This document shows positions 47,171 to 57,458 of a stretch of DNA of 64,000 bases, one piece after another. How positions within the stretch are numbered: the first letter of the stretch is position 1; every line of letters begins with the position of its first letter. Source of the stretch: an uncultured Candidatus Berkelbacteria bacterium (GTDB taxonomy: Bacteria; Patescibacteriota; UBA1384; UBA12157; JAENIV01); the NCBI GenBank assembly GCA_963698075.1, contig OY969116.1, forward strand, positions 798,131 through 862,130. The letters are read 5' to 3'. The position numbers and the translations under genes were made by a program. A model generated the notes under the pieces. It did no database searches. It saw only the letters and a program-made list of their open reading frames with translations, and was not told the origin of the DNA.

Positions 47171-47551
47171 ATGGAAAATAACAAAACAATTCTCTTGGTC
47201 GATGATGATTTGACGCTTAGAGAAATGTATGAAGAACGCATGAAGGTGGAGGGATTTAAAATTATTCAGGCCACCAATGGCGAAGAGGCGCTTGGGAAAG
47301 CTCGCGAAAACAAGCCAGACATCATTTTACTTGATATTATGATGCCTAAAGTCAATGGCTTCGATGTCTTAAAAGAATTGAAATCAAATCCTGAACTCAA
47401 AGATATTCCCGTGATCGTTCTGACTGCCTTAATTCAGGACGTTGATCGTGTTCAAGGTAAAAAATTAGGAGCAGCCGATTATATTGTTAAATCAGAAACC
47501 ATGCCCGGAGAAGTCATTGCCAAGATTAAAAATGCGATAGGACAGAAATAA
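47171..47551 (+). CDS. single-domain response regulator (CheY-like)
   Basis: Receiver-domain motifs; paralogous to 21243 and the N-terminus of 46334. Confidence 0.8.
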   Translation: MENNKTILLVDDDLTLREMYEERMKVEGFKIIQATNGEEALGKARENKPDIILLDIMMPKVNGFDVLKELKSNPELKDIPVIVLTALIQDVDRVQGKKLGAADYIVKSETMPGEVIAKIKNAIGQK

Positions 47552-48292
47552 CTAATAGTTCTCAAAGGGATTTGATCTCCCAAATCCCGATTCAGCTGGT
47601 AAGTTTATGGGCGCGCCATAAGTTTTCAGATTAAGAAATTTTCTGATGGTATCATCAGAAACTCGAATATTATCTAAAGTATTGGCAATAGAGACATTAC
47701 TTTTATAGAAAGCTACCCCGCTGATTTGGGCAATAAAGACTGTCTGTTTCTCTTTTTGAGTTATTTGTAGGCTGAGGTTTTTTAGACTAATGAGACGGCT
47801 ACTAGAATCAATGGCTCTAAGAAAATTCATAAAATCGGAAAATCCACCGGATAATTTCATTGTGAATTCTACTTCTTTTGCACCACTTGAAGGAGAGGTA
47901 CTAGTGCTTGGTTTGGGAGTGGGAGAAGCTTTTCCCGTTGTTGTCTCTTCAGAGGTCTGACTACTTGTTTTCGTTTTCTCCATCGAAGTTTCTTCAACTT
48001 TTAGATTATTAGCGCTGGCCATGGCGGTGAGTTCAATCACTAGCTCACCCGATTCCTGCTCGGTGGGAATGTAGTTTAAGGCGATCTGACCCACATTGGA
48101 AAGGTTTGGATTTTTCTTCAATTCTTCAAGAATTTTTTTCTTTTCTTCGACTTGGTTGAGGTCTCCTTTGGCCCGCTCCAAATCTTTCCAGGCTGACCAG
48201 ATAGATGTTACTACCGGTTTAATCGCCAAAAAACTAATCGCTCCGACGAGAATGATGGTGATACCTAAAATTGTAATTGGTCTTGTTTTCAT
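47552..48292 (-). CDS. pilO: type IV pilus assembly protein PilO-like
   Basis: N-terminal TM helix, coiled-coil, position after pilN in a pilMNO arrangement. Confidence 0.55.
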   Translation of the reverse strand: MKTRPITILGITIILVGAISFLAIKPVVTSIWSAWKDLERAKGDLNQVEEKKKILEELKKNPNLSNVGQIALNYIPTEQESGELVIELTAMASANNLKVEETSMEKTKTSSQTSEETTTGKASPTPKPSTSTSPSSGAKEVEFTMKLSGGFSDFMNFLRAIDSSSRLISLKNLSLQITQKEKQTVFIAQISGVAFYKSNVSIANTLDNIRVSDDTIRKFLNLKTYGAPINLPAESGFGRSNPFENY

Positions 48293-48855
48293 TGCGACAA
48301 ATTTACTTTTTCTAAATCAAACTCCAAAGTAAATCTCAATTTTTGGGCCTGGGCCGTTTGATCGGTTTGAAGACTAGAGCTTTTAAAATTAACATTCTTA
48401 AAGACAGGTGAATTTTCGAGCTTTTCCTTGAATTTAATAATTTCTCTTTCTGTCGTGGTATTACCCTGCAGAATAAAATTAGGAGACTTGCTCGTGTTGG
48501 CAGTTAAATTATCAAATTGAACATCAGAAGGGGCGCTGTTGGCCAATTCTTGCATCACTTGAGACCAAATAACACGAGTTTTATTAATAGTGTCTGTTGT
48601 ATTGGCGCGATCGTTGATGAGCAGTGCCAGATCTTCAAGATCCTTTGACTCTTCTAACTGACCAGTATTTTTTTCAACATTGCTTTTGGCGGCTGAAAGC
48701 CTATCTTTAATCGTGGCTTCAAGCGACCGGCCGATAATGGCGATGACAACAATCACAAGGGTAATCACAATACAAATCCCAATCAAGGAAGCATTGCGTT
48801 TGGCTTCAATTCGTCGAAGCTTAAGCTCGGGAGACAAAAGATTAATGTTAATCAT
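48289..48855 (-). CDS. pilN: type IV pilus assembly protein PilN-like
   Basis: MININLLSPE... with TM helix, typical PilN N-terminus; overlaps pilM and pilO. Confidence 0.6.
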   Translation of the reverse strand: MININLLSPELKLRRIEAKRNASLIGICIVITLVIVVIAIIGRSLEATIKDRLSAAKSNVEKNTGQLEESKDLEDLALLINDRANTTDTINKTRVIWSQVMQELANSAPSDVQFDNLTANTSKSPNFILQGNTTTEREIIKFKEKLENSPVFKNVNFKSSSLQTDQTAQAQKLRFTLEFDLEKVNLSQ

Positions 48856-48861
48856 GATTTC

Positions 48862-49788
48862 TCATATTTTCTTCATCGCCAATCCAATGACACTTGCGAA
48901 TTTTGGATTGTAAGTTTTTGTCTTAATTAATGGCCAACCAATTTCTGTCTTAATTTTTGTTGATTGTTCTATTGCCGAAGTAATGTTGGGAGTATTGGCA
49001 CCGCCTCCCGCTAAAATAATTTTTCTAAAGATTGTCGCTTGCCCTATACGATTTTGATAATATTTAATCAAATGAATAATTTCCGAGACTAAATTATTAA
49101 TGATGGGTTGAAAATCTTTGGCCAAATCATCGCCGCCACTCGATATCGTTGAAGTCAATTTAATGGTTGCTTGGTCAAAGCAGATGATGCTCGAGGTTTT
49201 GGCGCCAATATCTAAAATTAAATAGGGTCCAGCATCATTTTTACCAATCAAAGCCCTGACCACCGAAACCGGTTTGGTCTCCAGGCTCGAAAGTTCCAAT
49301 CCCGCCTGCTTCATCACCTCCGCAAATGAGTCGACAATTTTTTTGGGGGCGGCGACGACCAAGACATCAATGAGATTTTTACCTGGTAATTGACCGACAA
49401 TTTGCCAATCCATATACATTTCATTAGCGGGAATAGGGAAGAATTCGCCAGCCTGATAGGGAATATTTTTGTTGATTTCTTCAATTTTCATTGCCGGTAA
49501 ATCGATTGATTTAGTAAAAACCAATGATTCGGGTAGGGCCGCTGAGACTACTTTCGAAGAAATTGGGTGAGGCTTGGCTGATTTCATTGCCTGCCAAATT
49601 GCCTCGGTTGCTTTCTTTTGATCTTTGATGCCATCCTTACCTAAAGTTTTAGACTCAATTTTAACCTCTGCCACGCCCAAAAGTTTAGCGCCGGCACCCT
49701 CGCCTTTAAGCTGCATTACTTTTAAGCTTGAATAACCAATATCTAGACCGAAAATGGGCTTTTTTAATCCTAGAATTCCCTCGTACAA
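48862..49788 (-). CDS. pilM: type IV pilus assembly protein PilM (actin-like ATPase)
   Basis: GLDIGYSSLKV... actin/FtsA-like fold; 308 aa. Confidence 0.85.
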   Translation of the reverse strand: MYEGILGLKKPIFGLDIGYSSLKVMQLKGEGAGAKLLGVAEVKIESKTLGKDGIKDQKKATEAIWQAMKSAKPHPISSKVVSAALPESLVFTKSIDLPAMKIEEINKNIPYQAGEFFPIPANEMYMDWQIVGQLPGKNLIDVLVVAAPKKIVDSFAEVMKQAGLELSSLETKPVSVVRALIGKNDAGPYLILDIGAKTSSIICFDQATIKLTSTISSGGDDLAKDFQPIINNLVSEIIHLIKYYQNRIGQATIFRKIILAGGGANTPNITSAIEQSTKIKTEIGWPLIKTKTYNPKFASVIGLAMKKI

Positions 49789-49794
49789 AAATCC

Positions 49795-49960
49795 CTCCTC
49801 AACTTCGATTATATCATAATCGAAGAAATCCTAAATTCTAAGCACTAAATTCGAAACAATATCTAAATTCCTAAATCAGAATTTTAAAAAACATTTTGAT
49901 TTTTGGATTTGTTATTTGGAATTTGTTTGGGATTTCGGATTTAGGATTTCGGATTTCCCG
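49795..49960. repeat. AT-rich intergenic repeat region related to the 740/20235 family (reverse orientation)
   Basis: aatcctaaattctaa / ggatttcggatttaggatttcggattt motifs. Confidence 0.4.
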
Positions 49961-49969
49961 CGAGGCGGG

Positions 49970-51241
49970 CTAGTATTCTTCTTCCCAATGATTAATTTCG
50001 ATTACTGGCGTTTCCGTAGGATTATCTAAAGCCGTATTAACAATGTCACTGTCGAAATGGATATTGACCGTACGAAAGCCAGAGATCCAGACCCTTCTGG
50101 CGATAATGCCACCGGTCAAATTGAGGATGTAGGGAATGGAAGAATCAATCTCGACTCGATCACCGGCATAAACCAAGCCAGTACCTTGAAAATTACCGGC
50201 AGTGCCAATGACAATATCGCGGCTACTCAAGACTCCTGCCGGACCTCCAGCAGGTACATTAACAAAAAGTTGTCCCAGGGTAATAGTAATGCTACCCGAA
50301 GCAGCAATTATCCCATTCATGGTGATGGTTCTTGCCCAATCAATATCCAAGGGTCCATCAATGAAGACCACTCCAGAAAAAGTATGGCTACCCAATTTGG
50401 GAATTAAATCTTTAAAATCTTTTTGCTTGGCAAAGTATTGATTGCCTTCAGGACTTTCGCCGGGAATATTTTTGGCTATATTTTTATAATATTCGAAATC
50501 AATTTCCGGAATTTTCTTGGTTTCCGCCCCTTCAAGAGGAGCACAACCCGGATTATCACCACATTGAGGCGTTTCCGGATCGCTATCGTCTTCAAACAAA
50601 CAATTACAATTGACAGTTGAATTTTTATTAACTACTTGATCACCGGCTTCAACCGTTTTTTCAACGTTAATAATTGATCCAAATTTAAAATTAATATCGC
50701 GATTGCTCAAGACACCGCCATTATAGATATTAACTGGGGCATACCAAAAATCACTATCAGCGATGGAAGAACCAGCGCCTGAACCAGTGGCATAAATCCC
50801 GCCATCATAGGGATAAGTTCGGTCATTCGCCTGGGCAATACCGACCTTAATTTCTCGCCTGGCGGTCCGTAAAGTTCCGATATGATAAGTCCCAATAGCA
50901 GTGACAATGGCCGAACCCCAAGCATTATTTTGAATCCTGACCTCATAACCACCTTGGGGAATCAGGGCTGTCTCGTGAGAAAAAATGGTCAAACCATCAG
51001 TGGTGGTCATAAATCGCTCTCGAATGTCGGGATCATATTGAACAAGATAAATTGCTTCTTGGACACCAGCTTCGGCCAAAGAAAAAGCCACTGCTGCCCC
51101 TTTATTGTTACGGGCAATGGTTAACTCACTAAATAAAGAACTAGCATAAAAATAAGTGGCAGTCACTAAGACCATCATCAAAATTAAGACCACAATACTG
51201 ACATAACCCTGTTGCCAATTTTGAATTTTTTTACTGTACAT
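49970..51241 (-). CDS. PilX-like pilus assembly/minor pilin protein
   Basis: PilX_N-like hydrophobic N-terminus (QQGYVSIVVLILMMVLV); large secreted domain. Confidence 0.4.
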   Translation of the reverse strand: MYSKKIQNWQQGYVSIVVLILMMVLVTATYFYASSLFSELTIARNNKGAAVAFSLAEAGVQEAIYLVQYDPDIRERFMTTTDGLTIFSHETALIPQGGYEVRIQNNAWGSAIVTAIGTYHIGTLRTARREIKVGIAQANDRTYPYDGGIYATGSGAGSSIADSDFWYAPVNIYNGGVLSNRDINFKFGSIINVEKTVEAGDQVVNKNSTVNCNCLFEDDSDPETPQCGDNPGCAPLEGAETKKIPEIDFEYYKNIAKNIPGESPEGNQYFAKQKDFKDLIPKLGSHTFSGVVFIDGPLDIDWARTITMNGIIAASGSITITLGQLFVNVPAGGPAGVLSSRDIVIGTAGNFQGTGLVYAGDRVEIDSSIPYILNLTGGIIARRVWISGFRTVNIHFDSDIVNTALDNPTETPVIEINHWEEEY

Positions 51242-51902
51242 TTCTTCCTAAAACTTTGGTTTGAAAAGGATAGGTGGTGGTACCATCAGAAATTTCTAAA
51301 TTGATTGTAATTACTTCTTCTCCCCAAAATTGTAAAGTGGTCATCTGTTGGGCTTTAATTTGATCCCTATCAATATATTCAGTTGGTTGCCCCCCGCCGG
51401 GAGCGAGCGTTGACCACAAAACCCAATTGGTGTCGGAAGCGCCACCGAAGGCATAATGGCTTAATATTCGATGAAGATCGGTCCCAACTAGTTTATAAGT
51501 GACATATTGAATTTTCCCCACCGCCTCACCCGAGGGTGAAGGCGAAGGGACCGGCGATGCGACGCCCACCGGCCAAAAATTATGGCCATCTTGAAATTTC
51601 AACTCCGAAGATGGTGTTCCCGAATCTGGATCAGCCGGCAGCACGGTCCAAATCTCGACGGCTTGGCGGATATCTCGCGTCATTCTTTCTAAGGCAATGC
51701 GGCCATTTTGGGTCAATTCCGCACTGACTAAATTTTTCTTGAAAGATTGGTAAGACATTGAATAAATAGCATAACCGGCCATCACAATTATTACCGACAA
51801 AAAAACGACCGCTAAAATTTCAACTAACGTAAATCCTTTTCTTTTTTTCATTTTAATGTTTTGCTTTGATTGAGGCTGTCTTAAAACTTTTATCTTGACC
51901 AT
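51231..51902 (-). CDS. prepilin-type minor pilin (PilW-like)
   Basis: Class III signal GFTLVEILAVVFL. Confidence 0.7.
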   Translation of the reverse strand: MVKIKVLRQPQSKQNIKMKKRKGFTLVEILAVVFLSVIIVMAGYAIYSMSYQSFKKNLVSAELTQNGRIALERMTRDIRQAVEIWTVLPADPDSGTPSSELKFQDGHNFWPVGVASPVPSPSPSGEAVGKIQYVTYKLVGTDLHRILSHYAFGGASDTNWVLWSTLAPGGGQPTEYIDRDQIKAQQMTTLQFWGEEVITINLEISDGTTTYPFQTKVLGRNVQ

Positions 51903-52290
51903 TTTCTTTCCAGGAAATGGTCACCGTGATTTGTTTCATATTACAAGGCAGTTCTTCAGTACAGATTCCTCCCTGATTGACATCGAGCAGATTAGCGTCA
52001 ATTAGCGAGATAACGATTTGTTTATTCCAATTGTGGAAAGGATTATCAAGGTCATCAGAATAGGGTGCGGGCGCGGGAGCGGGCGAACTAACTACCAAAT
52101 TATCATAGGAGATTGCCGATTCTTCATCCAAAAGTCCACTGGCAAGATTAGAGGCAATGGTCTCGTTGCGCGCTGTTTTGATAATCTTGATACTCGAGGC
52201 ATAAAAGCCGGCGATACCCAAAAGCCCAACTTCTAAAATAAAAACGGCCAATAAAACTTCAATTAGGGTGAAAGATGAACGCTTTTTCAT
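51853..52290 (-). CDS. prepilin-type minor pilin (PilV-like)
   Basis: SFTLIEVLLAVFIL prepilin cleavage/methylation motif. Confidence 0.7.
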   Translation of the reverse strand: MKKRSSFTLIEVLLAVFILEVGLLGIAGFYASSIKIIKTARNETIASNLASGLLDEESAISYDNLVVSSPAPAPAPYSDDLDNPFHNWNKQIVISLIDANLLDVNQGGICTEELPCNMKQITVTISWKENGQDKSFKTASIKAKH

Positions 52291-52715
52291 TGCAAATTAA
52301 TCACTCCTGCCGGTAAGATATTAATAGTTTTTGTGGCTCCTCCTAAATCAAGAATAATTGAACCATTATAATCAGGGGCGCCATCAATTCTAAAAGTAAT
52401 CGGATTAGAAATATTTAATTGCAAGGTGATATTCTCCGGCAGGATGATGGTTTCTAATTCATGATCGCCACCATCGACTTTAACTAATTGATAACTCACG
52501 GGTGGTGCGGTTGACTTGAAATAAATCCGATGTGGTTTTTGGGTGGTCACTGCTTCTTCTTGAGCTTGGCGAAGTTTGCTGGTTAATAACCTGGCTGCCC
52601 CCGAAAGTTGCCAACTGGGTAGAAAACTGTTTATTCCCATCACGGTTACTGCCGCCAAAATTCCGATTATCGCCATGACGATTAACATTTCCATTAAAGA
52701 AAAAGCCTTTTTCAT
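52287..52715 (-). CDS. prepilin-type pilin (FimT/GspH-like)
   Basis: AFSLMEMLIVMAIIGILAA prepilin motif. Confidence 0.7.
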   Translation of the reverse strand: MKKAFSLMEMLIVMAIIGILAAVTVMGINSFLPSWQLSGAARLLTSKLRQAQEEAVTTQKPHRIYFKSTAPPVSYQLVKVDGGDHELETIILPENITLQLNISNPITFRIDGAPDYNGSIILDLGGATKTINILPAGVINLQ

Positions 52716-52719
52716 ATCT

Positions 52720-53949
52720 CTAAATAACGTTTACTAAGGAATATATCGGCATAATTACCGAGGCCACCACAAAACCAACACCGGTTCCGATAAGGATTAT
52801 TAAGATAGGCTCAACCAGAGTCGCTAGATTGGAGGTGATGTTTTCCACTTCTTTATCAAAAAAATTGGCCATGGAAAGAAGAACATAATCCAATTTGCCG
52901 CTTTTTTCACCGACGGCAATCAAGTGATAAATCATTGGCGGAAAGATTTTTTGTTTATCGAGCGTTGTGGAAAGTTGGACGCCGTTTTCAATATCTTTGG
53001 AAATTCTTTTGAAGGCATCTTTATAAAGGCGATTATTAATCACGCCTGAAACTGTTTCCACAATTTCCAACATCGGCAGTCCTGAAGCCACTAAAGTTCC
53101 CATCGTTCGAGTGAATCTGGCCATATAAATTTTGCGTGTCAGCGGTCCAATGAGAGGAATTTTAAGTTTAAAATTATCCCAGATCAGGCCGCCCGCAGCT
53201 GTTCTGGCCCAAAAACGAATGCCGAAAATTAAACCTAAAATCACCACCAGGAAAATGTACCAATAATTTATAATGGCATCGCTCGTCCCTAAAACTATTC
53301 GAGTGGTTATAGGCAATTCGGCGCCTAAATCCTGGAAAATGTTTTTAAGTTCCGGCACCACAAAAATTAACATTAAAATTACGATTGCCACTAGAGCGGA
53401 AACGACGACAATCGGATAGGTGACTGCCGCTTTAATTTTGGAAATCAAATCATAATCCTTTTGTAATTGTTCAGCCAAGCGCTCCAAAACCTCATCGAGT
53501 TTGCCGCTTTTCTCTCCCGAGCGGACGATGGAGATATAAAGTTTATTAAATATTTTTGGAAATTTCGCTAAGGTCTCTGAAAGGGCCTTACCTCCCTTGA
53601 CCTCACTGGCGATCTCGGCGATAGTTCGAGAAAAATAATCATTTTCGGTTTGTTCCTCTAATGCCGTAAAAGCCTCAACTAAGGGCAGACCGGCTTTAAT
53701 CATCATTGCCAACTGTTGGGTGAAAATGATTTTATCCTTCAAAGGAACGCGGTTGGAAATAAAAGGAATTTCAATCGATTTTTTGCTAATGCCGGGTAAT
53801 CCTGCTTCTTCTTTTTTCACATCCAAAACAAAAAGTTGGTGATTTTTGAGAATTTTTGCCGCCTCAGCTTCTGAACCTGCTTCAATCATACCTGTTTGAA
53901 TTTGGCCTTCCTTAGTTTTGGCACTTTTTGCATGATAAATATATTTCAT
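52720..53949 (-). CDS. pilC: type IV pilus inner-membrane platform protein PilC (GspF family)
   Basis: Two GspF repeats; 409 aa. Confidence 0.9.
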   Translation of the reverse strand: MKYIYHAKSAKTKEGQIQTGMIEAGSEAEAAKILKNHQLFVLDVKKEEAGLPGISKKSIEIPFISNRVPLKDKIIFTQQLAMMIKAGLPLVEAFTALEEQTENDYFSRTIAEIASEVKGGKALSETLAKFPKIFNKLYISIVRSGEKSGKLDEVLERLAEQLQKDYDLISKIKAAVTYPIVVVSALVAIVILMLIFVVPELKNIFQDLGAELPITTRIVLGTSDAIINYWYIFLVVILGLIFGIRFWARTAAGGLIWDNFKLKIPLIGPLTRKIYMARFTRTMGTLVASGLPMLEIVETVSGVINNRLYKDAFKRISKDIENGVQLSTTLDKQKIFPPMIYHLIAVGEKSGKLDYVLLSMANFFDKEVENITSNLATLVEPILIILIGTGVGFVVASVIMPIYSLVNVI

Positions 53950-53955
53950 AAAATC

Positions 53956-55812
53956 CTAATCTTTGGTGACTCGCCAGATTTCTTCAAGGGTGGTTAAACC
54001 ATCAATCGCTTTGAGAATTCCATCTTGTTTCATTGTCACCATCCCATTTTTAACTGCTTGGGCTCCCAAATTTGTTCCGGAAGCTCTTTTGGCGACCATT
54101 TCCTTTAAATCGTCAGTTAATTGGAAAATCTCAAAAATCCCGATCCTTCCTTTGTAGCCCGATCCGCTACAATTATCGCAGCCTTTGCCGTGGAAAAATT
54201 CGACTTTGGTAGGCTGCTGGGCACCAGGTGGTAGGTTTTTGAGTTCTTTTTCGGCGACGTCTTTTTCCCCGGTCTCAATTTGGAGGGCTTCTTTGCAGTT
54301 TTCGCAGATTCTCCGACAAAGTCTTTGAGCAACCACACAGTTTACGGATGAATTGACGAGGAAGGGTTCGATCTTCATATCGATAAGCCGGGGAATGGCT
54401 CCCGCCGCATCATTGGTGTGTAAAGTTGACAAAACAATATGACCAGTTAAGGCGGCGTGGACCGCCATGTCAGCCGTTTCATAATCACGAATTTCGCCAA
54501 TCATAATGACATTGGGATCCTGACGGACAATCGATCTTAGACCATTGGCAAAAGTAAAACCAATTTGGGGATGAACCTGAGCCTGGTTGATGGTTTGCAT
54601 GCGATATTCCACCGGATCTTCTAAAGTAACAATATTGATACCGACATTTTTAATTTTATCGATGACGGCATATAAAGTGGTAGTTTTGCCTGAGCCGGTC
54701 GGGCCAGTAACCAAAATCATTCCATGAGCCTTGTGAATGTTTTCGTCCAAAACCTTAAAAGCTGTTCCTCTTAAACCAAGTTGTTCCAAAGTTAAAATGC
54801 CAGATGATTTATCTAAAATTCTGGCCACCACCTTTTCGCCATTAACCGTCGGTAAAGTTGAGACTCGAAAATCAACCTCGGCACCATCAACCACAGTTTG
54901 AAAACGACCGTCTTGGGGAAGACGAGTTTCATCAATTTTAAGGTCCGACAAAATTTTTATTCTCGAGACAATCGCCGGTTGTATTTCCTTGGGCAAAGAG
55001 ATTATTTTTCTCAAGATGCCGTCAATCCGGAAGCGAACAGTGACTTGATCTTCCTCGGGTTCAATGTGAATATCAGAAGCTTTTTCGCGAACCGCTCGTT
55101 TATAAAGAGATTGGACGATTTTAGCTGCCGGCGCCGTTTCCTCAATTTCTTCTTTTTTAATTACCGGCCCCTCTTTTTTTGTCGGTTTTAACTCTTCTTC
55201 CTCTTCTTCGGCTGACTCAACAATTTTTTTGAGCTCTCCGGAAAGCGCCGAGTATTGATCCAAGACATGATTGAGATCGGCCTGGGTGCAGATTCGAATA
55301 TCTAATTCTTTGCCTGTTTTCTTTTTGACGAATTCAATCGCCTCACGATCCTCAGGATCAATCATTGCCACCACCAGCCGTCCTTCTTTTTCTTCAATGG
55401 GTACAATTTGATAATGACGAGCAATGTGTTCGGGAAGAAGACTTAAGACTCTTTTGGGAACAGTCGTTTTTGAGAGGTCAATATAGGAGATATTTATCGC
55501 CGGGGTAAAGACGGCTTCGCCGGTCACTTTTTTACCGCCAGCAATTTCCTCTTTAAATTCTGGGCTGGGCCGGAAGCGGGGAATGGTCTTTTCCAAAGAT
55601 AAATAGGTCTTGGAAGGGTTACGGACATCCTTGACGGTTCTTGAAGGATATTTAATCATTACAAAATTACCAAAACCAGGGATATTGACGCTCCGACCGG
55701 CTAAAAGCTCTTTAGAAATAGTATTTTGGATTGAATCTAGGGTTTTTGAAACACTTTCTAAATCAATATTGGAGTTTTTTGCCACCAATTTTTTGAGTTC
55801 TTTCGATGTCAA
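53956..55812 (-). CDS. pilB: type IV pilus assembly ATPase PilB/GspE with N-terminal HU-like domain
   Basis: Walker A GPTGSGKTTT plus Asp/His boxes; GspII N-domain. The first ~90 aa resemble HU/IHF (GFGNFVM...RNPSKT...IPRFRPS). Confidence 0.9.
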   Translation of the reverse strand: MTSKELKKLVAKNSNIDLESVSKTLDSIQNTISKELLAGRSVNIPGFGNFVMIKYPSRTVKDVRNPSKTYLSLEKTIPRFRPSPEFKEEIAGGKKVTGEAVFTPAINISYIDLSKTTVPKRVLSLLPEHIARHYQIVPIEEKEGRLVVAMIDPEDREAIEFVKKKTGKELDIRICTQADLNHVLDQYSALSGELKKIVESAEEEEEELKPTKKEGPVIKKEEIEETAPAAKIVQSLYKRAVREKASDIHIEPEEDQVTVRFRIDGILRKIISLPKEIQPAIVSRIKILSDLKIDETRLPQDGRFQTVVDGAEVDFRVSTLPTVNGEKVVARILDKSSGILTLEQLGLRGTAFKVLDENIHKAHGMILVTGPTGSGKTTTLYAVIDKIKNVGINIVTLEDPVEYRMQTINQAQVHPQIGFTFANGLRSIVRQDPNVIMIGEIRDYETADMAVHAALTGHIVLSTLHTNDAAGAIPRLIDMKIEPFLVNSSVNCVVAQRLCRRICENCKEALQIETGEKDVAEKELKNLPPGAQQPTKVEFFHGKGCDNCSGSGYKGRIGIFEIFQLTDDLKEMVAKRASGTNLGAQAVKNGMVTMKQDGILKAIDGLTTLEEIWRVTKD

Positions 55813-55924
55813 AAGCCCCTCCTACACATAAAACGATAACGTTTGCACGTTTAAATTTATTGTAGCACAATTTGAATTTACTTAAAATAAATGTTAAAAC
55901 TTAAATGTTCTTAAAATTATAACT

Positions 55925-57457
55925 ATGGTCCTTTATCGAAAATATCGTCCCCAAAAATTTGCTGACATTGTTGGTCAGGAGCACGTCACCAAGACCTTAT
56001 CGAATGCTTTAGCTTCCTTGAAATTTGGCCATGCTTATCTTTTTGCTGGGCCGAAGGGTTCAGGAAAAACGACCATCGCTCGGATTATGGCCAAAGCTTT
56101 AAATTGTACTGGCCGAAGATTAGCCAAAGACTCATTCGAACCCTGCAATCGTTGTCTCTCTTGCAAAGAAATTATGGCGGGCAAATCGCTTGATTTAATT
56201 GAAATTGACGCTGCCTCCAACCGCGGCATTGATGAAATAAGGGAGTTGAGGGAGAAAATCCGTTTTGCCCCGACAAGCTCCCAATTTAAAATCTATATTA
56301 TTGATGAAGTTCATATGCTCACCAAAGAAGCTTTCAACGCCCTTTTAAAAACCCTTGAAGAGCCGCCAAAGCATGCCATTTTTATCATGGCAACAACCGA
56401 ACCGCAAAAAATTTTGCCCACAATTCTCTCGCGAGTCCAAAGGTTCGATTTTCACAAGGCCACTCTCGAAGAAATCAGCAAATTATTAGAAAGGGTTACA
56501 AGAAACGAAGGAATAAAAATCAATGAGGATGCTCTAAAACTTATTGGTCAACTGGCTTTTGGTTCTTACCGCGATGCCCTTTCCATCATGGAACAGATCT
56601 CATCTTTGCGGCAGACCGCAGCTTCAAGGGTCACCCTTGAACAAGTTCAAGAAATCTTGGGTCTGGCTCAAGAAAAAACGGTCTTTGATTTTATCGAATT
56701 GCTCTCTAGGAAAGACCGTCAAAAAGCTTTTCGCCTGATTGATAGGTTGTATTATCAAGGAATTGATCTAGAAAATTTCACCATCAAACTCATCGAAGTT
56801 TTAAGAAAAATCGCTCTCTTAAAAATTGGTGAGGACCAGCTATTTGATTTAACCCGCGAACAACAAGTTCAAGTAAAAGTTTTGTCTCAAAAGTTTTCGA
56901 TTGAAGAATTAATGGGTTATATTGCCAAATTTACCGATAGTATCCACAAAATTAAATCCGCCCATCTGCCGGCTTTGCCCTTGGAGATGGTGGTTTATGA
57001 GATAACGCAATCTTCAAATAAAACTGATGAAGGCCGAGGGGATGCCCCGAGCGAAGTGGCGGTGTCCCGAACGAAGTTCGAGACTAGGCTGGCTAGGGTG
57101 CCCGAGAGCGAGGGGCGACCCGAGGCCGACAAAAGTTCTTTCTCCAAAAATTTATGGCCTCAAATCATTCAAGAGGCCCGCACTCATAACCATTCGTTGG
57201 GCGCTTTGCTTCGCGACGCTACAATCGCCGGTTGCCAGAGTGGCATCGTTACCTTAGCTTTTAAATTCAAATTCCATGCGGACGTGGTTTCGGGCAAGAA
57301 AAACACTCAAATGGTGGAGGAAATCATTTCGAAAATCACTGGTTCTCAATATAAAGTCTCTTGTGTTGTTGACCCTGCTCTCGTGATCCAAAAACCCCTC
57401 GACCCCGATGAAGAACTCTTAAATGGGGCAAAGGAAGTTTTTGAGGTGGAAGAGTAA
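55925..57457 (+). CDS. dnaX: DNA polymerase III subunit gamma/tau
   Basis: AAA+ clamp-loader motifs (GPKGSGKTT, zinc module CNRCLSC). Confidence 0.9.
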   Translation: MVLYRKYRPQKFADIVGQEHVTKTLSNALASLKFGHAYLFAGPKGSGKTTIARIMAKALNCTGRRLAKDSFEPCNRCLSCKEIMAGKSLDLIEIDAASNRGIDEIRELREKIRFAPTSSQFKIYIIDEVHMLTKEAFNALLKTLEEPPKHAIFIMATTEPQKILPTILSRVQRFDFHKATLEEISKLLERVTRNEGIKINEDALKLIGQLAFGSYRDALSIMEQISSLRQTAASRVTLEQVQEILGLAQEKTVFDFIELLSRKDRQKAFRLIDRLYYQGIDLENFTIKLIEVLRKIALLKIGEDQLFDLTREQQVQVKVLSQKFSIEELMGYIAKFTDSIHKIKSAHLPALPLEMVVYEITQSSNKTDEGRGDAPSEVAVSRTKFETRLARVPESEGRPEADKSSFSKNLWPQIIQEARTHNHSLGALLRDATIAGCQSGIVTLAFKFKFHADVVSGKKNTQMVEEIISKITGSQYKVSCVVDPALVIQKPLDPDEELLNGAKEVFEVEE

Positions 57458-57458
57458 A

